DNA of 64,000 bases. Source: Octopus sinensis. Taxonomy: Eukaryota. A program made the translations under genes and the position numbers. Where the stretch lies: the NCBI RefSeq assembly GCF_006345805.1, contig NC_043024.1, positions 4,216,001-4,280,000 of the forward strand. Reading direction: 5' to 3'. The notes under the pieces are model-generated. The model saw nothing but the letters and a program-made list of their open reading frames with translations. It had not been told where the DNA came from and did not search any database. The stretch's first letter is position 1. Each line of letters opens with the position of its first letter. Positions 1-10,377 of this stretch are shown here, piece after piece.

Positions 1-218
1 GGGGTGGGGGACAAACACAGACACACAAACACACACATATATATATATATTGACATATATACGACGGGCTTCTTTCAGTTTCCGTCTACCAAATCCACTT
101 TGGTCGGCCCGAGGCTATAATAGAAGACACTTGTCCAAGATGCCACGCAGTGGGACTGAACCCGGAACCATGTGGTTGGTAAACAAGCTACTTACCACAC
201 AGCCACTCCTGCGCCTAT
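1..218 (-). mobile_element. tRNA-derived SINE, family S1 (head half, runs off window)
   Basis: Reverse strand reads GGCGCAGGAGTGGCTGTGTGGT (A box)...GGTTCAGTCCC (B box); the same sequence recurs at >8 other sites in the window. Confidence 0.9.
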
Positions 219-360
219 TTCTTTGTATGTGTTTAATTTCTGATCTACTGGCTGTGAAAAGAGAATTAGGTCTGCCATCCCTTCCACTTATGACTATATC
301 TCGCCTTTTAAAGATAAAATACATTTCCTAAACAGTATTCCCGTTATTTGCACACTTAAT

Positions 361-733
361 CATGGAAGCACTCCGTTGGTTACGACGATGAGGGTTCCGG
401 TTGATCTGAATCAACGGAACAGCCTGCTCGTGAAATTAACGTGTAAGTGGCTGAGCACTCCACAGACACGTGCACCCTTAACGTAGTTCTCGGGGATATT
501 CAGCGTGACACAGAGAGTGACAAGGCCGGCCCTTTGAAATACAGGTACAACAGAAACAGGAAGTAAGAGTGGGAGAAAGTTGTGGTGAAAGAGTACAGCA
601 GGGATCACCACCATCCCCTGCCGGAGCCACGTGGAACTATAGGTGTTTTCACTCAATAAACACTCACAACGCCCGGTCTGGGAATCGAAACCGCGAGTCC
701 GCTGCCCAAACCACTGGGCCATTGCGCCTCCAC
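361..733 (-). mobile_element. tRNA-derived SINE, family S3a, with ~35-37 bp target-site duplication
   Basis: Head GGAGGCGCAATGGCCCAGTGGT...TTCGATTCCC on minus strand; flanked by TCCTAAACAGTATTCCCGTTATTT(G/T)CACACTTAATCA at 326-362 and 734-770; the paralogous empty site near 9083-9120 has one copy. Confidence 0.9.
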
Positions 734-919
734 TCCTAAACAGTATTCCCGTTATTTTCACACTTAATCAACCAAGTACAGAAATCAAGTGGAACAATTC
801 AAATGGAGTTATTTCCCTGTAGATGACAATGAAATATTTTTTAATGAAAGAAAAAAACATTTTTTAAGCAATAATAAATCTTAGAGCGACTTATAAACAG
901 TTGCTGCAACACATCGTGG

Positions 920-990
920 CGTATATTTGCCATTTAAATATGGCTAACCCCTAAGGGTGGATACTACTGTAGTTTGTAGGCAAATATACG
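920..990. repeat. Small foldback with 12-bp perfect inverted ends, inside an insertion absent from the paralogue
   Basis: CGTATATTTGCC (920-931) / GGCAAATATACG (979-990). Confidence 0.6.
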
Positions 991-1185
991 TCACAAAACA
1001 TTTTTTGGTTTTCGAAAATCTAACTTTATTCAGTTCTACGTTTGGTAATTACGAGCAACACTCATTAACATCATCCATGTTACCAAAATTCATAACAGTT
1101 TCAGTGGATCTTGATTGTTTGCACGAATCCTGGCTCAGTTAAATCTCTTGTGGCTCCAAATGTCATCTGTAGTGCAACGTTGTAT

Positions 1186-1580
1186 TACTCTTTTACTTGT
1201 TTCAGTCATTTGACTGTGGCTATGCTGGAGCACCGCCTTTTAGCCGAGCAAATCGACCCCAGGACTTATGCTTTGTAAGCCTAGTACTTATTCTCTCGGT
1301 CTCTTTTTGCCGAACCGCTAAGTTACAGGGACGTAAACACACCAGCATAGGTTGTCAAGCGATGTTGGGGGGACAAACACAGACACACAAATATATACAC
1401 ATACATATACATATATATGATGGGCTTCTTTCAGTTTCCGTCTACCAAATCCACTCACAAGGCTTTGGTCTGTCTGAGGCTATAGTAGAAGACACTTGCC
1501 CAAGGTACCACATAGTGGGACTGAACCCGGATCCATGTGGTCGGTAAGCAAGCTACTTACCACACAGCCACTCTTGCACC

Positions 1581-1583
<3 letters not shown>
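1186..1583 (-). mobile_element. SINE S1, full length
   Basis: tRNA head, central CA/TA microsatellite, tail GCTCCAGCATAGCCACAGTCAAATGACTGAAACAAGTAAAAGAG. Confidence 0.9.
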
Positions 1584-1610
<27 letters not shown>

Positions 1611-1614
<4 letters not shown>

Positions 1615-1782
1615 TACGACAGGCTTCTTTCAGTTTCCATCTACCAAATCCACTCACAAGGCTTTGGTCGGCCTGAGGCTATAGCAGAAGACACTTGCTC
1701 AAGGTGCCATGCAGTGGGACTGAACCCGGAACCATGTGGTTGGTTAGCAAGCTACTTACCACACAGCCACTCCTACACCTAT
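1611..1782 (-). mobile_element. SINE S1, head half only
   Basis: Matches the S1 head up to the central microsatellite. Confidence 0.85.
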
Positions 1783-1919
1783 GTCTTGTCTAATTTTGTT
1801 TTAGAAGCGCTTGGAATCTTGGTCAGTTGAAGACAGCAGTTCTGGAGGTTGGCAGATTGCAGGGAGTTTAACCTTTCCACCACAGCAGCACAATTTTAGA
1901 AATAAAACATATATATATA

Positions 1920-2560
1920 TAGGCGCAGGAGTGGCTGTGTGGTAAGTAGCTTGTTTACCAACCACATGGTTCTGGGTTCAGTCCCAGTGTGGCAACTTGG
2001 GCAAGTGTCTTCTACTATAGCCTCGGGCCGACCAAAGCCTTGTGAGTGGATTTGGTAGACGGAAACTGAAAGAAGCCCATCATATATATGTATATATATA
2101 TATATATATTTCTTTACTACCCACAAGGGGCTAAACACAGAGGGTACAAACAAGGACAGACAAAGCGATTAAGTCGATTCCATCAACCCCAGTGCGTAAC
2201 TGGTACTTAATTTATCGACTCCGAAAGGATGAAAGGCAAAGTCAACCTCGGCGGAATTTGAACTCAGAACATTGCGGCAGACGAAATATGGCTACGCATT
2301 TCGCCCGGCGTGCTAACGTTTCTGCCAGCTTGCCATATATATATATATATGCGTGTGTGTTTGTGTTTGTCCCCCTAGCATTGCTTGACAACCGATGCTG
2401 GTGCGTTTATGTCCCCGTCACTTAGCGGTTCGGCAAAAGAGACCGATAGAATAAGTACTGGGCTTACAAAGAATAAGTCCCGGGGTCGATTTGCTCGACT
2501 AAAGGTGGTGCTCCAGCATGGCCGCAGTCAAATGACTGAAACGAGTAAAAGAGTAAAGAG
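1920..2560 (+). mobile_element. SINE S1 split by an S2 SINE inserted in its central (TA)n
   Basis: Head 1920-2085 and tail 2345-2560 are colinear with full S1 copies. Confidence 0.85.
2110..2334 (-). mobile_element. tRNA-derived SINE, family S2
   Basis: Minus strand GGCAAGCTGGCAGAAACGTTAGC...GTTCTGAGTTCAAATTCCGCC; same family at 31751-32395 and 50935-51090. Confidence 0.85.
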
Positions 2561-2791
2561 TATATATATATGTGTAATATTTTTTATCACATCTTTTATC
2601 TTTTACTTTTTTCAGTCATTAGACTGTGGCCATGCTGGGGCACCACTTGAATTTTTAGTCAAATAACTCAACCCCAGTACTTACCTTTTAAGCCAGGTAC
2701 TTTTATCAGTCTTTCTTGCTGAACTGCTAAATGACAGCGACATAAACACACCAACACTGGTTATCAAGTGATGATGGGGGGATAATCACAG

Positions 2792-2822
<31 letters not shown>

Positions 2823-2830
2823 CATACATA

Positions 2831-2888
<58 letters not shown>

Positions 2889-2893
2889 AATAT

Positions 2894-3185
2894 GTGGAGG
2901 TGCAATGGTCCAGTGGTTAGGACAGTGGACTCGCAGTCGTAGGATCACGGTTTCAATTCCCAGACTGGGCGTTGTGAATGTTTATTGAGCAAAAACACCG
3001 AAAGCTCCATGAGGCTCCGGTAGAGGGTGGTAGCGATCCCTGCTGTACTCTTTCGCCACAACTTTCTTCTGTTGGCCTGCTCGCTTAGCCAGCGGGGTGG
3101 CGTCATTTGAAGGCTAAAAACCAATGCAAAGCGCATTGTGACCAGCGATGTGTAGCAACATCTGATAGCCTGGTCGGTCATGGTA
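2894..3185 (+). mobile_element. SINE S3b (S3 head and body, different tail)
   Basis: Head and body match 361-733 up to CCCTGCTGTACTCTTT...CACAACTTTCT, then an unrelated tail ending GATAGCCTGGTCGGTCATG. Confidence 0.8.
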
Positions 3186-3199
3186 ATATATATAAATAT

Positions 3200-3425
3200 A
3201 TATAAAATGAGATAGGGGTTGAAAATTCAACCCACCATGGGATAACATATATCCAATCAGATTTTATATTTCTATTTCCTTGTCTAATTATATTTACTAT
3301 ATATTTTGTATAATGCCTTTACTGTTATGTAATGGTGTAATAAAGTATTGATTGGGTATCATCTGATGGTTGATATTTGATTGATTTAAGTATATTTCTC
3401 CATTTTCTAATTTTGTAGTATAAAT
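3200..3425 (+). mobile_element. Short non-autonomous element in (TA)n; second copy at 7398-7670 (-)
   Basis: GAGATAGGGGTTG...GATAACATATATCCAAT and TATTTCTCCATTTTCT shared with the reverse complement of 7398-7670. Confidence 0.65.
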
Positions 3426-3440
3426 ATATATATATATATA

Positions 3441-3603
3441 CGATGGGCTTTTTTTAGTTTCTGTCTACCAATTCCACTCATAAGGCTTTGGTCAGCCCAA
3501 GGTTATAGCAGAAAACACTCACCCAAGGTGCCATGCAGCAGAACTCAACCTGGATCCATGTAGTTGAGAAGCAAGCTTCTTACCACACAGCCATTCCTGT
3601 GCC
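3441..3603 (-). mobile_element. Diverged SINE S1 head
   Basis: Degenerate match to the S1 head. Confidence 0.75.
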
Positions 3604-3898
3604 TAGATATTGATAAATAATGTCTGATAAAATATTTCTCAGGAATTTGTCCCTTATTTCTAGAGAATATTTCCAACAAATCACCTCAATAATATTTGCC
3701 TCTTGTATAAATTTGTGTGGTTTTCCAATCATATTTAATAGAATTGTGTCTCTGTAAGAAATTGTTGTGATAAATAACACTGAAGAGAAATCTTACCCAG
3801 GTGCCCGCGTGCAGCTAAATGCACATTCACATATTACAATCTAAACCATACCTAACTAATGCAAATCTAACACCCACAACTCGGATTGTGCCCAACTT

Positions 3899-4089
3899 GA
3901 ATAAAACAGAGAAAGATATTTCGTGAATTTCAGAAGAATGATTTTATTTTCTCCAGTCTGTATTCACATATTTATAATTTCCAAATGCTTTTTGAAAACA
4001 GTTCCTCTCAAATAAGAGCAGATTTTTAGCCTGAATGTTGAGGATTCAAAGAAAATGATTTCCAACATATTTCACCATGAAAAATGTAC

Positions 4090-4096
<7 letters not shown>
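3899..4096 (-). pseudogene. Fossil C2H2 finger sequence downstream of ZNF1 (paralogous to 10179-10377)
   Basis: Minus-strand fragments translate to GEICWKSFS-like, QTGEN and xCEIHEISF remnants; block shared with the region downstream of ZNF2. Confidence 0.5.
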
Positions 4097-4131
<35 letters not shown>

Positions 4132-4136
<5 letters not shown>

Positions 4137-4316
4137 TAATCCAAACAAGAAAGCACAAAAAAACACAACAACGCGAGGATGTGGAACAAATATAGTATTA
4201 TTGGACGCTCAGGAAAGAAGGAGGGTTTAACGTTTCAAGCGGAGCTCTTCGTTGGAAACATAGGAGAAGGGAAGACAGGGGAAAAAAAAATGCCAACGGT
4301 ACACACTCGGTCACAT
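4132..4316 (-). mobile_element. PLE-type terminal fragment (family D) with a decayed hammerhead motif
   Basis: Same layout as family C (GTATTA..GCTCAGGAA..TTTAACGTTTC.AGC..GCTCTTC); flanked by (TA)n. Confidence 0.55.
4225..4259 (-). ncRNA. Decayed minimal type I hammerhead ribozyme motif (family D)
   Basis: GUUU-CCAACGA-A-GAGC-UCC-GCUU-GAAAC-GUU-AAAC: stems I and II intact, core differs from CUGANGA at two positions. Confidence 0.45.
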
Positions 4317-4351
4317 TTTGAATATATATATATATATATCATCATCAGTGA

Positions 4352-4700
4352 AGGCATGTGGCTCAGTGGTTAGAGCGTCGAGCTTACGATTGTGAGGTTG
4401 TGAGCTCAAATTCCGGACCGGGCTGCGTGTTGTGTTCTTGAGCAAGATGCTTTACTTCTCGTTGCTCCAGTTCACTCAGCTGTAGAAATGAGTTGGGACA
4501 TCACAGGTGCCAAGCTGTATCGGCCTCTTTGCCTTTCCTTTGGATAACACTGGTGGTGTGGAGAGTGGAGGCCGGTATGCATGGGTGACTGCTGGTCTTC
4601 CATAATAAAAAAACAACCTTGCCCAGACTTGTGCCTCAGAGGATCACTCTCTAGGTGCAAGCCCATGGTCAGTGTCTGACCGAAGGGGGTCACAACAATC
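4352..4700 (+). mobile_element. tRNA-derived SINE with CORE-like domain, family S4
   Basis: GGCTCAGTGGTTAGAGC head, TGTGTTCTTGAGCAAG...GTTGCTCCAGTTCACTCAGCTGTAGAAATGAG body; second copy 52373-52708. Confidence 0.85.
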
Positions 4701-4814
4701 ACAATATCATCATCATCATTTTATTATTCCTGGAACCTTCTCGAACTCAACTAGTGTGTGTGTGTATATATATATACATACATACATACTTACATACATA
4801 CAAACATATATATA

Positions 4815-5190
4815 TAAGGAGTACCAAAAATGAGACAAGAACGCAAAACATCCAGACTGTTAGATGATACAAAAAAGGGACAACAAAACATACAGACAGA
4901 CGATAGAAAAAAAAAGGGACGGGTCATTCGGAGTTTTCTTTCTTCAGTTGAGTTCCAGATTATCTTTGCAATTTCGGCTGGTTATATTCGAGATTGGTCC
5001 AATCTGGCCAGCCCCAAGGATAAACTAAGGTAAAAGCACTAGATTCCTTGGAAGAAAACAGCGAATGTGTAAGAAAACAAGGACGAAAAAATGGAGAAAT
5101 GGTATACAAATACAAATGCAAATAAAGGACGTTAACAACAGGTGTCTTTTGATGAAGGACGAATTAAATTAAGCTGGCATGTGTGGAAAT
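4815..5190. mobile_element. Unclassified interspersed repeat beside (TA)n, possibly another PLE terminus (family E)
   Basis: ACGGGTCATTC motif and A-rich context shared with 34200-34335; absent from the ZNF2 paralogous 3' region. Confidence 0.35.
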
Positions 5191-5204
5191 GAAGCCCTAG
5201 GTAC

Positions 5205-5340
5205 AAGAAAATACAGGATCAGTTAATTACGATTTTATTGAACATATTCCCTTCTCAGATACACACAATTATTGCAGTGGTCCTTCAGCTTTTCTAAGCC
5301 CTGTAAAAGAACTTGCAAGGTTGGGCCCTCAACTAGTCCT
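5205..5340 (+). mobile_element. Mariner-type MITE fragment in the ZNF1 3' region (paralogous to 10409-10570)
   Basis: Aligns with 10445-10570; the ZNF2 copy keeps a mariner-like end TA-T-GAGGGGTTGCTAAAAAGTTCCTGGCT. Confidence 0.55.
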
Positions 5341-5356
5341 TTCATGATACTCTTAA

Positions 5357-5578
5357 CCCTTTTGTTACCAACCCGGCTGAAACCGACTCTGGCTCTGTAG
5401 TACAAATATCTTGTTTTCATAAGTTTTAAATTAAAATCTTCCACCAAACCTTAGTCACAATTAATGTTCCTAACACTAGCTTAATGACAATTAAGATATC
5501 TTATTTTTTTCTTTGTTATATTTAAAATTAATTGAAAGAAGCACAGAACATCTCAACAGAAATATGGTAACAAAAGGG
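5357..5578. mobile_element. piggyBac-type MITE, copy 1
   Basis: TTAA|CCCTTTTGTTACCA...TGGTAACAAAAGGG|TTAA; absent at the paralogous ZNF2 site (GATACCCTTGAAGCCAGG). Confidence 0.9.
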
Positions 5579-5598
5579 TTAACAAATGATTAATTTAA

Positions 5599-5818
5599 CC
5601 CTTTTGATACCAACCTGCCTGAAACCACCTCTGGCTCTGAGTACAAATGTCTTGTTTTCAAAAGTTCTGAATTAAAATCTTCCTCCAAACCTTAGTCACA
5701 ATTTATGTTCCTAACACTAGCTTAATGATAACTAAGTTATTTTACTAAATTCTTTGTTATATTTAAAGTAATTGAAAGAAACACAGAGCATCTCAACAGA
5801 AATACAGTAACGAAAGGG
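5599..5818. mobile_element. piggyBac-type MITE, copy 2 (20 bp from copy 1)
   Basis: TTAA|CCCTTTTGATACC...AGTAACGAAAGGG|TTAA. Confidence 0.9.
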
Positions 5819-5896
5819 TTAAAGTCAGGAAATTTCAGCATACGCTTGTGTATGTGTGTATGTGAATATTTACACACATACTCACAGACACATTAT

Positions 5897-7036
5897 TCAA
5901 AGTCCTTTATTATTCCAAGCCTTGCCTACAGTGTGGGTTCGTTTGTGTTTAGTCAATGCACTTTTACACACAAAAGATTTGCCACATGTTTCACAACAAT
6001 AAGGCTTTTCCCCAGTATGTCTCCGTCTGTGTGTGTTCAAGTCCCCTTTACAGACAAAGGATTTATCACACATTTCACAACGATAGGGCTTTTCTCCTGT
6101 GTGACTACGGATGTGGGCAATAAGGTTACAATTGTCAAAAAAGGATTTCCCGCAAATTTCACAGTGAAATGTTTTTTCTCCTACATGTTTCCTCCGATGC
6201 CTTTTCAATTCACTGTTATTGAAATAAGATTTACCACATGTGTCACAATGGAATTCTTTTTTCCCGATGTGTTGGAGTTTATGTCTTTTTAAATTAGCAT
6301 TCGAGAAGTAAGATTTCCCGCACAGATCACAAAAAAATGGTTTCTCACCCGTGTGGACCCTTTTGTGAGCAACAAGTCGAAAATTATTCATAAAACATTT
6401 CCCACAAATTTCACAGTGGAATGGTTTTTCCCCAGTGTGGGTTTTTTTGTGAACAATAAGTTGAGAATTATCCAAAAAAAATTTCCCACAGATTTCACAT
6501 TTAAATTCCTTTTTCCCAGAATGAATCTTTTTGTGCTTTTTTAATCGACAGTTAGTGAAGAAATATTTTCCACATATTTCGCAATGGAATGGCCTTTCTC
6601 CAGTGTGAGTACGGATATGGTATACGAGTTGACAGTTCTGAGTATAAGACTTTCCACATATTTTACAGCGGAAATTTTTCTTTCTAGTGTGTAACTGTTT
6701 GTGAGCATTTAAAGTACTTTTAACAGCAAAAGTTTTTCCACATATATCACAGTGAAAGGGTTTCTCCCCCGTGTGGCTACGTCTGTGGACAACAAGCTGA
6801 TATTTATGATGCAACGATTTTCCACAAATCTCACATTGAAATGGTTTTTTCCCCGTGTGTCTGTTTAAATTACTGGAATTTACAAAAGATTCACCATAAA
6901 TTTCACAATTAATATTTCTCTCCAACAGCTTCTTACCATGTGATAACGATTCCTCAGCACTGGATATCTGTTTAACCGATTCTAAATTGTCGGAAATATC
7001 TGTGTTAGAAGTGTCTGACAGATTACCATCCTCCAT
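5897..7036 (-). CDS. C2H2 zinc-finger protein ZNF1 (379 aa; 11 intact fingers, one degenerate N-terminal finger, short acidic/Ser-rich N-terminus, no KRAB/BTB/SCAN)
   Basis: Open frame with tandem CxxC-x12-HxxxH and TGEKP-type linkers. First ATG at 7036 (MEDGNL); in-frame TAA at 7078-7076 rules out N-terminal extension within the exon. Confidence 0.9.
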   Translation of the reverse strand: MEDGNLSDTSNTDISDNLESVKQISSAEESLSHGKKLLERNINCEIYGESFVNSSNLNRHTGKKPFQCEICGKSLHHKYQLVVHRRSHTGEKPFHCDICGKTFAVKSTLNAHKQLHTRKKNFRCKICGKSYTQNCQLVYHIRTHTGERPFHCEICGKYFFTNCRLKKHKKIHSGKKEFKCEICGKFFLDNSQLIVHKKTHTGEKPFHCEICGKCFMNNFRLVAHKRVHTGEKPFFCDLCGKSYFSNANLKRHKLQHIGKKEFHCDTCGKSYFNNSELKRHRRKHVGEKTFHCEICGKSFFDNCNLIAHIRSHTGEKPYRCEMCDKSFVCKGDLNTHRRRHTGEKPYCCETCGKSFVCKSALTKHKRTHTVGKAWNNKGL

Positions 7037-7397
7037 ATTAACTCCAGAGAAATTCTTAAAAAACAATGTTTGTGGTTATAATCTGTTGTGGTTTAGTTTC
7101 TTACGATATCCAAATCATGGGACTTTGTTTACACATGCAGAAAACATACAAAGTAAATATTTTTTCTTTATAATAATTTAGAATGGTTGTTGCTGGTTGG
7201 GAAGGATATCTCCAAGCGCTACAGATATTGTAGATAAAAAGGTTTCTATGTCCATATTAATAATTGTGGATAGAGTTAATAAAAATCCATAAAAGACCGG
7301 TTGCAGGTATTCTGGTAGAATCAGAATTTCTGTGGATGACAGGCTGTGATGGAACACTCAGCACAACTGTAAGAGAAGAAAATATAGAATTATATAT

Positions 7398-7670
7398 ATA
7401 CAAAATAAGAAAATGGAGAAATACATCCCAATCAAATATCAATTACCAGATAATACTCAATCACATACTTTATTAAACCACCACATAAGAGACTGTAGGG
7501 TTAAATATAAAATGCGGAACAAATCAGTGTACATAAAAGAGCAAAGTTGTATAATAAGTAGTATATATATAAAACAGAATTGGGTACTTCACTAGCAGTA
7601 TATTGGATATATGTTATCCTATGGAGGGTTGCATTTACAACCCCTATCTCAATTTGTAATTATATATATA
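7398..7670 (-). mobile_element. Short non-autonomous element inserted in (TA)n of the ZNF1 intron
   Basis: Absent from ZNF2 at the equivalent site (GAATTATATA|AGATACGAGCAAAACGCCCC); matches 3200-3425. Confidence 0.7.
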
Positions 7671-7965
7671 TATATATACAAGCAAAACGCCCCCCGTCCA
7701 ATGGAAGGTGCTGAGTTGTCAAACATTTAAACCAAATTTTATATAAGATATATATAAGAATAAACAAAACGTGTGTGTTTGTGTGTGATGAAATCCAAGG
7801 AGATCAGATTTGTCCACACACGCGGTATAAAAGTTTAAATTACATATTGTGGTAGTAATACAGATCTTGTTAAATTTCTTCCAACCACTTTAATCACATT
7901 GTAATTTTTGTGTTTCAGGCATTCTGCAGATTAAAGAAGCATCTTTTTTAACGAACCCCTAAGAA

Positions 7966-7998
7966 ATGGCTACCCCTCAAGAAAAAGCACAATGTGTG
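7966..7998 (+). pseudogene. 5' stub of a Tc1/mariner-family transposase
   Basis: ATG...TGTGTG translates to MATPQEKAQCV, which I recognise as the start of a common mariner-like transposase family; truncated by an RTE 3' fragment. Confidence 0.45.
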
Positions 7999-8140
7999 GC
8001 CGTTTGCCAGCCTCGTCTGACACCTGTGCCGGTGGCACGTAAAAAGCCTGGTGCAGCCTTCTGGCTTCCCAGACCCCAGTTGCACCGTCCAACCCAAGCT
8101 AGCATGGAAAGCGGACGCTAAACGACGATGATGATGATGT
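7999..8140 (+). mobile_element. RTE LINE 3'-end fragment with (GAT)n tail and an internal deletion
   Basis: CCGTCCAACCC.GCTAGCATGGAAAGCGGACG.TAAACGACGATGATGATG matches the 3' end of the RTE at 36748-37100. Confidence 0.85.
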
Positions 8141-8192
8141 GTATCATGGTTTATCGAGACAAAATCGGATACGCAGACTCATATATGTATAT

Positions 8193-8385
8193 GGTACTAT
8201 TTCAGAAGAGTGGTCCCGGTGCGCGTAGTAGCGCATCCGCTCTAGCTCCTCGATCTTTACTTTGTGCAAAAAGTTATTTTGTTTTATTTACTTTGCTAGG
8301 TAGTCGTTGTAGGATCGACTAGTCAAGACTAGCTTGCGCGGATGCACGAGTGCGCGTACTGGGACCACTCTTGTCAAATAGTACC
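8193..8385. mobile_element. MITE with GGTAC...GTACC termini
   Basis: GGTACTATTT..AAGAGTGGTCCCGGT / ACTGGGACCACTCTT..AAATAGTACC; relatives at 48504-48882 and 50700-50775. Confidence 0.8.
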
Positions 8386-8398
8386 TATATATATATAT

Positions 8399-9312
8399 AT
8401 GCAGGCAGCTATTGTCAATAAAGCGTTTATTTAAAAAAAATGTCTTTCTGCGCTGAAGGGTATCAAATGACCCCTGAAAAGCCAAACTCCTATTCTACAC
8501 CCATCCAAATGAGAAAACAAAAGCCATAACCTGGTCATTACGAAGCCAACCAAAAGAAAAAGAAAAGCTAAATTCCTGACAATTTCGCTTTTAAAGACAA
8601 GACAAATGCGACATCAGTCTGATATAATTAATCTACCCGAAACTTACCCCAGGGTGGCCGTGTCGTTGATAAATTTTTCTCTCGCTTCAATGATTTCTGG
8701 TCGCACGAGTCAAATGTCCCTAAACATCATTTAACACTACGAGAAAGGCAATCAATGGTATCGATCCCTTTTCTCCCTTAATATCTCGGCCGATCGGAAA
8801 TCAAAGAAACGTAAACAAACTAAACAATTATTGCGGGAAAAAGTGACATTAAACGGTGTCGATTTGCAATTAGGAACAGCAAAAAGGGTGAATACAAAAG
8901 TCGACCTGGCTTGCCTGAAAAGAAATCAATTCTTGATAAAACGGGCATTCACCACTAAATTTCCGTTTACTTATATTTCTTTGTATGCGACTAATTTTTG
9001 ATATACAGGCTGATAAAAGAGAATTAGGTCTGCCATCCCTTCCACTTATGACTATATCGCGCTTTTTAAAGATAAAATACATTCCTAAACAGTATTCTTG
9101 TTATTTGCAATCTTAATCAACCAAATACAGAAATCAAGTGGAACAATTCAAATGCAGTTATCTCCCTTTACCACACAGTCAAATATTATTTTTTAATAAA
9201 AGAAAAAGCATTTTATTTACTTAGAAAATCTAACTTTATTCAGTTCTTCGTTTGCTAATTACGAGCAACACTCCTTGACATCACCCATGTTTCCAAAATT
9301 CGTAACAGTTTC
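8399..9312 (-). promoter_or_regulatory. Predicted promoter and non-coding exon 1 block of ZNF1 (exon 3' end 8648)
   Basis: Non-TE, CpG-containing block present upstream of ZNF1, upstream of ZNF2 (16384-16869) and at the window start; contains the conserved GTAAGT donor. Confidence 0.55.
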
Positions 9313-9717
9313 ACATATTCTGCTGTCTGCATCACTATATATTTTAAAGTTTAGCTGGTGGTTCATGTATCTTATAAAAGTTCACAGTGCTCATTTCTCC
9401 CTCTCAGTATTCTACGTAGGTCATTTATTAATCTCCACAGAGTTGGACATTGAATACTAAATTCATATTGTAATCGACAAACAGCTGCCTCTGAATGATT
9501 CTTCGTAGGATCTTCTCTGTTTAATGTTCCTTGGTGAAATATTCCCTATTTCAAGGTGAAATAGAGTTGCTAGTCTTTCACCGTGTCTCTTTTGATGACT
9601 AACAAATGGACCTTCAAAATAGTTAAGTAAAGTATAAAATTCTTGTGGCATCTCTGTTGTAATTGAAAATTACTAGCATTCGCGATCCACCACTGTTTCC
9701 CATAAATCTATATACGA

Positions 9718-9937
9718 ACGTGGCCGATGCCAGCGCCGCCTCGACTGGCTTCCGTGCAGGTGGCACGTAAAAAAGCACCCACTACACTCACGGAGTGGTT
9801 GGCGTTAGGAAGGGCATCCAGCTGTAGAAACACTGCCAGATCAGACTGGAGCCTGGTTCAGCCTCCTGGCTTCCCAGATCCCTGTTGAACCGTCCAACCC
9901 ATGCTAGCATGGAAAACGGACGTTAAACGATGATGAT
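9718..9937 (+). mobile_element. RTE LINE 3'-end fragment
   Basis: CACCCACTACACTCACGGAGTGGTTGGCGTTAGGAAGGGCATCC...GGACGTTAAACGATGATGAT. Confidence 0.9.
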
Positions 9938-9939
9938 AA

Positions 9940-10170
9940 AGCTGAAGTTGTCTGTGTAAGGCAGGTTTGATAACCTTCAACTAACACTATCTCCTCCGAG
10001 ACCCTGCGGTGCAAGTTGACCAAAATTGAGACTATGACAGAAGAAGGCTTGCTCTTTCTTCCGTAGAAGAAAAAATTCAAATTGAACCATGTTAAAGCCA
10101 AAAATTATTTATATCAAAAAGATGCTTTTATTTTCTATGAAAATCCCCATTTTTTACGATTTTTTTGTGA
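9940..10170 (+). mobile_element. Fragment of the Helitron-type element family seen at 51437-51810
   Basis: Reverse complement of ~51590-51810 (CTTCAACTAACACTATCTCCTCCGAGACCCTGCG). Confidence 0.55.
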
Positions 10171-10178
10171 GCAACATG

Positions 10179-10377
10179 AATAAAACAAAGAAAGATATTT
10201 CGTGAATTTCACAAGAATAATTTTATTTTCTCCAGTCTGTATTCACATATTTATAATTTCCAAATGCTTTTCTAAAACAGTTTCTCTCAAATAAGAGCAG
10301 ATTTTTAGCCTGAATGTTGAGGACTCAAAGAAAATGATTTCCAACATATTTCACCAGAGAAAAAATGTACCCCAATA
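10179..10377 (-). pseudogene. Fossil C2H2 finger sequence downstream of ZNF2
   Basis: Paralogous to 3899-4096. Confidence 0.5.

Larger units (their letters stand above)
219..1102 (-). promoter_or_regulatory. Paralogous copy of the upstream block of the ZNF1/ZNF2-type gene (belongs to a gene left of the window), interrupted by a SINE and a small foldback
   Basis: 219-360 plus 735-1102 align with 8973-9312, which lies directly upstream of the predicted first exon of ZNF1. Confidence 0.6.
7367..8647 (-). other. Predicted 5'-UTR intron of ZNF1
   Basis: Acceptor ATATTTTCTTCTCTTACAG at 7367 and donor TGGG|GTAAGT at 8647; both conserved in the ZNF2 paralogue (12620, 16631). Confidence 0.6.

Noticed and set aside
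4352-4430. SINE heads (S1-S4) as tRNA genes
   Set aside because: A/B boxes are present but no complete cloverleaf was seen, and they continue into repeat bodies and tails.
4915-4950. Minus-strand CUGAAGA...CCGAAUGAC as a hammerhead
   Set aside because: Stem II is only ~2 bp, A15.1 is missing and no stem I partner was found; could be revisited with a family consensus.
7037-7066. TTG/GTG starts given by the ORF track for ZNF1, ZNF2 and ZNF3
   Set aside because: Eukaryotic locus; the first in-frame ATGs (7036, 12288, 46867) were used instead.
7257-7366. Conserved peptide VVLSVPSQPVIHRNSD... in the 5' UTRs of ZNF1 and ZNF2 (three of five differences synonymous)
   Set aside because: When joined to the predicted exon 1 there is an upstream in-frame stop and no ATG, and the counts are too small; would be revived by an unseen ATG-bearing exon or Ribo-seq signal.
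3200-7670. Inverted pair flanking ZNF1 as terminal repeats of a gene-capturing transposon
   Set aside because: Each copy is a self-contained short element, and the 7398-7670 copy is missing from the ZNF2 paralogue, so it post-dates the duplication.
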